Source: an uncultured Candidatus Rokubacteria bacterium (GTDB lineage Bacteria; Methylomirabilota; Methylomirabilia; Rokubacteriales; DASRDR01). Taken from it: a DNA stretch of 64,000 bases. The notes under the pieces were generated by a model. The model did no database searches. It saw only the letters and a program-made list of their open reading frames with translations, and was not told where the DNA came from. Positions 60,088-64,000 of this stretch are shown here, piece by piece. The translations under genes were made by a program, and so were the position numbers. Numbering within the stretch: position 1 is the first letter of the stretch; each line of letters begins with the position of its first letter. The DNA lies in assembly GCA_963708025.1 (NCBI GenBank), contig CAVPSB010000025.1, forward strand, positions 384,001 through 448,000, read 5' to 3'.

Positions 60088-60765
60088 TCAGACCGGGGAG
60101 ACCTTCCGCTCGAGCCGGCGGGCGGCGACCGACATCGAGTAGGTCAGGATCCAGTAGACCACCGCGATGAAGAGGTACAGCTCGAACGGCTTGATCTCCC
60201 GGTTGTTCACGATCTGGGCGGCCTTGGTGAGGTCCACGTAGCCGATGATCGACGCCAGCGAGGTGTCCTTCAGGAGCACGATCATCTGCGTCACCAGGGA
60301 CGGCAGCATGTTGCGGAGGGCCTGGGGGAGGACGACGTAGAACATGCTCTGGCGCCCCTTGAGCCCCAGCGCGGTGGCCGCCTCCACCTGACCGCGCGGC
60401 ACCGACTGGATGCCGGCCCGCACGATCTCGCCGAAGTAGGCGGCCTCGAAGACGACGAACGCCACCAGGGCCACGCCGTACTCCGGGATCGGCAGCCGGA
60501 GGAGCTGGGGGATGATGAACCACATCCAGAAGATCACCATGACCAGGGGCACGCCGCGGAAGAACTCGACGTACATCGTCGCCGCCGTCCGCAGCCACGC
60601 CGCCTGCGCCAGGCGTGCCAGCCCGATGAAGATGCCGAGCACGAAGCCGAGGATGATGGCCGGGATCGCCAGGCGCAGGGTGCCGCCCGCGAAGCCGCCG
60701 ATGCCCAGGAGCCCCTGCACGATCAGAAACTTGAAGTTGGCGCCGATGACGCCGAAGTCGAGCAT
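60088..60765 (-). CDS. gltK: Polar amino acid ABC permease (glutamate/aspartate type)
   Basis: FRGVPLVMVIFW, FEAAYFGEIVRAGIQS, KDTSL. Confidence 0.8.
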   Translation of the reverse strand: MLDFGVIGANFKFLIVQGLLGIGGFAGGTLRLAIPAIILGFVLGIFIGLARLAQAAWLRTAATMYVEFFRGVPLVMVIFWMWFIIPQLLRLPIPEYGVALVAFVVFEAAYFGEIVRAGIQSVPRGQVEAATALGLKGRQSMFYVVLPQALRNMLPSLVTQMIVLLKDTSLASIIGYVDLTKAAQIVNNREIKPFELYLFIAVVYWILTYSMSVAARRLERKVSPV

Positions 60766-60768
60766 GGC

Positions 60769-61488
60769 TCAGCCGGCCCCGACCCGGGCGATCAGCCCCG
60801 GGATGGCGAAGTGCCGCTCCACGCGGGCCATGACGTACGCGATGACGACGCAGAGGCCCAGGTAGATGAGGGTGCCGGCGGTCAACGCCTCGATCGCGCG
60901 GGCGGTGTAGGTCTCGATCTGCCGGGTCTGGAACGTCAGCTCGGCCACGCTGATGGTCAGCGCCACCGAGGAGTTCTTGAGGAGCGCCAGCGACTCGTTG
61001 GTGGCCGGCGGCACGATGAGCCGAAGGGCGATGGGCAGGATGACGAGCTGGTAGGCCTTGGGGACCGTCAGGCCCAGCGCCACCGACGCCTCGAACTGGG
61101 TCCGGGGGATCGAGAGGATGCCCGAGCGGATGACCTCCGAGAAGCGGGCACCGTGATACACGCCCAGCGCGACCGTCCCCGCCCAGAACTCGGCGCTGTG
61201 GTCGAAGAGCCAGGCCTGGACGGCCTGGGGCAGGAGCGGGGGGACGCCGAAGTACCAGAAGAACATCCAGACCAGCAGGGGGACATTGCGGAAGAACTCG
61301 ACGTAGAAGACCGCCATGGCCCGGAGCGGCTTGAACGGCACCGTCCGCATCGCCCCTGAGAGGACGCCGAGCGTCACCGCCAGCAGCCAGGCCAGGGCCG
61401 ACATGGCCAGGGTCGTGAGCAGGCCCTGGAGCAGCCAGCCCCCCGACTGGCCGCTCCAGAGCACGCTCCAGTTGAACTGGTAGCTCAT
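60769..61488 (-). CDS. gltJ: Polar amino acid ABC permease
   Basis: MSYQFNW, FRNVPLLVWMFFWYF, KNSSVA. Confidence 0.8.
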   Translation of the reverse strand: MSYQFNWSVLWSGQSGGWLLQGLLTTLAMSALAWLLAVTLGVLSGAMRTVPFKPLRAMAVFYVEFFRNVPLLVWMFFWYFGVPPLLPQAVQAWLFDHSAEFWAGTVALGVYHGARFSEVIRSGILSIPRTQFEASVALGLTVPKAYQLVILPIALRLIVPPATNESLALLKNSSVALTISVAELTFQTRQIETYTARAIEALTAGTLIYLGLCVVIAYVMARVERHFAIPGLIARVGAG

Positions 61489-61550
61489 GCGCCTACCTTG
61501 AGGTCACGTTCCTTGAAGCGCCAAAGCCATGGCAGATGGGTTGAGCGCCC

Positions 61551-61676
61551 GGGGCGGGGTCGAGGAGCGAGCAGCGCTAGGACGCAGGGAGTCGCCGACC
61601 GCAGGCGTACTCCGAGTACGCCGAGGATCGGCGACGACCGAGGACGACGCGATGCGACGCTCATCGGCCCCGCCCC
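61551..61676. repeat. Long bulged hairpin (MITE/REP-like) between gltI and gltJ
   Basis: ggggcgggg..gtcgccga..ggcgtact-ccg-agtacgcc..tcggcgac..ccccgcccc. Confidence 0.65.
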
Positions 61677-61682
61677 AACCGG

Positions 61683-62549
61683 CTATTTCTTGATCTGAGA
61701 CAGCAGGAACGCCTTCACGTCCGGGGTCAGCGGATAGGGCACCTCGCCCTTGGGGCCGAACCACTTGTCGTACAGCTCGAAGTACTTCCCCGACTCCAGG
61801 GCCTGCTTCAGGCCGGCGTCCACCACCTGCTGGAAGTCCGCCTCGCCCTTGCGCATGGCCATGCCGTAGGGTTCCCGCGAGTAGAAGTCGCCGACGACCT
61901 CCCAGTCGTCCGGCTTCGGGGCCTTGGCCTTGAGGCCGGCGAGCTGGATGCCGTCGTTGGTGTAGGCGTCGACCTGGCCCTGGACCATCGCCTGGAACGC
62001 CGAGGGCTGGTCGGGGAACTCGCGGAGGTTGGCGGTCGGCACCTTCTCGCGGATGATCTTCGCGTTGGTGGAGCCCTGCTGGGCGGCGATCCGCTTGCCG
62101 GCGACGGAGTCGATGCCCTTGATCGGGCTGCCCTTCTTGACCAGGAACTGGGCGCCGGTGAGGAAGAAGGTGAGGCTGAAATCGACGCTCTGGCGTCGCT
62201 CCGGGGTGTCGGTCATGGTGCCGGCGATGAGGTCGACCGCGTTCGACGTCAGCAGCGGGATGCGGGTGGCCGGCGCCGACTCCTTCTTCTCGACCTTGAC
62301 GGGCTTGCCGAGCTTCTTCGAGATCGCCGGCGCCACCGCCTGCTCGACCAGGTCGATCGTGAAGCCGACCCACTCGTTGCTCTTGTTGATGTACGCGAAC
62401 GGCGGCGAGCCGGTCCGGGTGCCGATCGTCAGCGTGCCCGTGCGGCCGATCTTCTCGAGCGTCGTCTCGGCGAAGGCGGGGGTGGCCAGCGGCAGCGCAA
62501 CCGCCAGCGCGACGAGGATCGACAGGACTCGCTTCATCGTGGCCTCCAT
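61683..62549 (-). CDS. gltI: Polar amino acid ABC substrate-binding protein
   Basis: Signal peptide, TLEKI, TRIPLL, EPYGMAMRKG. Confidence 0.8.
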   Translation of the reverse strand: MEATMKRVLSILVALAVALPLATPAFAETTLEKIGRTGTLTIGTRTGSPPFAYINKSNEWVGFTIDLVEQAVAPAISKKLGKPVKVEKKESAPATRIPLLTSNAVDLIAGTMTDTPERRQSVDFSLTFFLTGAQFLVKKGSPIKGIDSVAGKRIAAQQGSTNAKIIREKVPTANLREFPDQPSAFQAMVQGQVDAYTNDGIQLAGLKAKAPKPDDWEVVGDFYSREPYGMAMRKGEADFQQVVDAGLKQALESGKYFELYDKWFGPKGEVPYPLTPDVKAFLLSQIKK

Positions 62550-63290
62550 TCAGTGAGAGAGGATCTTGGACAGGAACTGCCGGGCCCGGTCGGAGACCGG
62601 GTTGGCGAAGAACGTCTCGGGCGGGGCGTCCTCGACGACCTGCCCGGCGTCCATGAAGATCACCCGGTGGGCGACCCGGCGGGCGAAGCCCATCTCGTGG
62701 GTGACCACCATCATGGTCATGCCGTCCTTGGCCAGGAGTGTCATGACGTCGAGGACCTCGTTGATCATCTCGGGATCGAGGGCCGAGGTCGGCTCGTCGA
62801 AGAGCATGATCTCGGGCTGCATGGCCAGCGCCCGCGCGATGGCGACCCGCTGTTGCTGGCCGCCGGAGAGGTTGGCCGGGTAGTGGCCCGCCTTCTCCGG
62901 GATCCCGACCCGCTCCAGGAGCGCCCGCGCCGTCTTCTCGGCGGCGGCGCGGCCGACGCCGCGGACCTTCAGCGGGGCCAGCATGATGTTCTCGATTGCC
63001 GTCTTGTGGGGGAAGAGGTTGAACGACTGGAAGACCATGCCGACGCGGGTGCGGAGCCGCGGCAGGTCGACGCCGGGGCGCGTGAGCGACTCGCCGAGGA
63101 CGAGCAGCTCCCCGGCCTGGATCCGCTCCAGCACGTTGACGCAGCGGATCAGCGTGCTCTTGCCCGATCCCGACGGGCCGCACACCACCACCACCTCGCC
63201 GGGAGCGACGGTCAGGTTGATGTCGTGCAGGACGTGGAAGCGCCCGTAGTACTTCTGGACACCCTTGAACTCGATCGCCGGGCCGGCCAT
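62550..63290 (-). CDS. gltL: Polar amino acid ABC ATPase
   Basis: VCGPSGSGKSTLIRCVN, LSGGQQQRVAIAR, FDEPTSALDPEM, VTHEMGFA. Confidence 0.88.
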   Translation of the reverse strand: MAGPAIEFKGVQKYYGRFHVLHDINLTVAPGEVVVVCGPSGSGKSTLIRCVNVLERIQAGELLVLGESLTRPGVDLPRLRTRVGMVFQSFNLFPHKTAIENIMLAPLKVRGVGRAAAEKTARALLERVGIPEKAGHYPANLSGGQQQRVAIARALAMQPEIMLFDEPTSALDPEMINEVLDVMTLLAKDGMTMMVVTHEMGFARRVAHRVIFMDAGQVVEDAPPETFFANPVSDRARQFLSKILSH

Positions 63291-63309
63291 CGGTCGCTCC
63301 CTTCCCTGG

Positions 63310-64000
63310 TCAGGCGGCCAGGCGCGCGCGCACCTTGGCCAGTGCGCGACCGCCGTCGGCCGGCTTGCCGGCGAGGATGCCGCGGGTCAGGGACTCCAGT
63401 GCCGTCTCGATCTCGTGGATCGCGTCCAGCTCCTTCTTGGCCCCCACGCCCGCGGCCCGGATCTGCTCCCGCACCCCGGCGGCGCCCGACTGGCGCTCCG
63501 CCTCGAGGTAGGCGGCGAGGACGTCGGCGATGCCGGCCGCGGACGCCGCCATCACGCGGGTCAGGAAGGTGACGCCGGCCTGGTTGACCACGTGGTTCAC
63601 CGCGGCGGTGGCCGCGATCTCGCGCCGGAGCGCGTGCTCGGGAAAGTGCTCGGCGAAGCGCTCGCGGAGCCCTCGGGGGAAGTAGCCGTCCAGGAAGGGT
63701 CGGGCCACCGGGCGGTCCGGGAAGTCGGTCTCCATGACCCGGGTGAAGGCGTGCAGCTTGGTGTGGCCGAGGAGCACGGCCAGGAGCGGCCGGGGCAGCC
63801 CCCGGGCCCGCTCGGGGCTCGCCAGCAGCTCCTCCCGGGACGGCACCGCGTCGTCGGCGCGGCTCAGGACACCGGCCGCCACCAGCTCGTCGACGAACGC
63901 CACGAACTCCTCGTAGCGGTCGGCGCTGCGCCGCCCGTCGAGCGTGAGGGCCAGGGCCTGGCTGGCATTGTCGGCGAGCACGAGCGCGGCCACCTCCTCG
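63310..64000 (-). CDS. gdhB: Large NAD-specific glutamate dehydrogenase, C-terminal part
   Basis: LVLADNASQ, GLPRPLLAVLLGHTKL, YFP..LRERF..HALRREIAAT..N..VNQAG. Confidence 0.75.
   Translation of the reverse strand, partial: EEVAALVLADNASQALALTLDGRRSADRYEEFVAFVDELVAAGVLSRADDAVPSREELLASPERARGLPRPLLAVLLGHTKLHAFTRVMETDFPDRPVARPFLDGYFPRGLRERFAEHFPEHALRREIAATAAVNHVVNQAGVTFLTRVMAASAAGIADVLAAYLEAERQSGAAGVREQIRAAGVGAKKELDAIHEIETALESLTRGILAGKPADGGRALAKVRARLAA

Overview
High-GC bacterial chromosomal window. The gene content (many Tat-exported ABC binding proteins, a multi-GAF kinase, an orphan ABC_sub_bind protein) resembles Candidatus Rokubacteria/Methylomirabilota; this taxonomic call is an inference. 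Most of the window is metabolic or transport: a liv-type ABC operon with an acyl-CoA dehydrogenase, a 7-GAF hybrid histidine kinase, trpD, a protealysin-like M4 protease with an emfourin-type inhibitor, two peptide/opine-type ABC operons, FAD oxidoreductases, a flavin-dependent halogenase-like gene, a homocysteine S-methyltransferase, a DddP-like M24 enzyme, and a gdhB-gltLIJK-like glutamate operon. Four things stand out. (1) A 25.3-29.1 kb mosaic in which IS91-like rolling-circle transposase remnants and a twice-repeated, stuttered terminal motif bracket gene fragments (murA, potA-like, methyltransferase), suggesting Helitron-like fragment capture. (2) A dispersed C-tract/G-tract intergenic element (5 copies at 4 loci) that ends in GGAGGT just before the next start codon and could sequester the RBS or form a G-quadruplex. 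(3) A DddP (DMSP lyase)-like gene inside a probable methyl-onium catabolic neighbourhood. (4) Two toxin-antitoxin loci that have lost or broken their second gene. Many single-base frameshifts, clustered at 46-51 kb, are most likely assembly errors. I recognised no CRISPR array, rRNA or tRNA.
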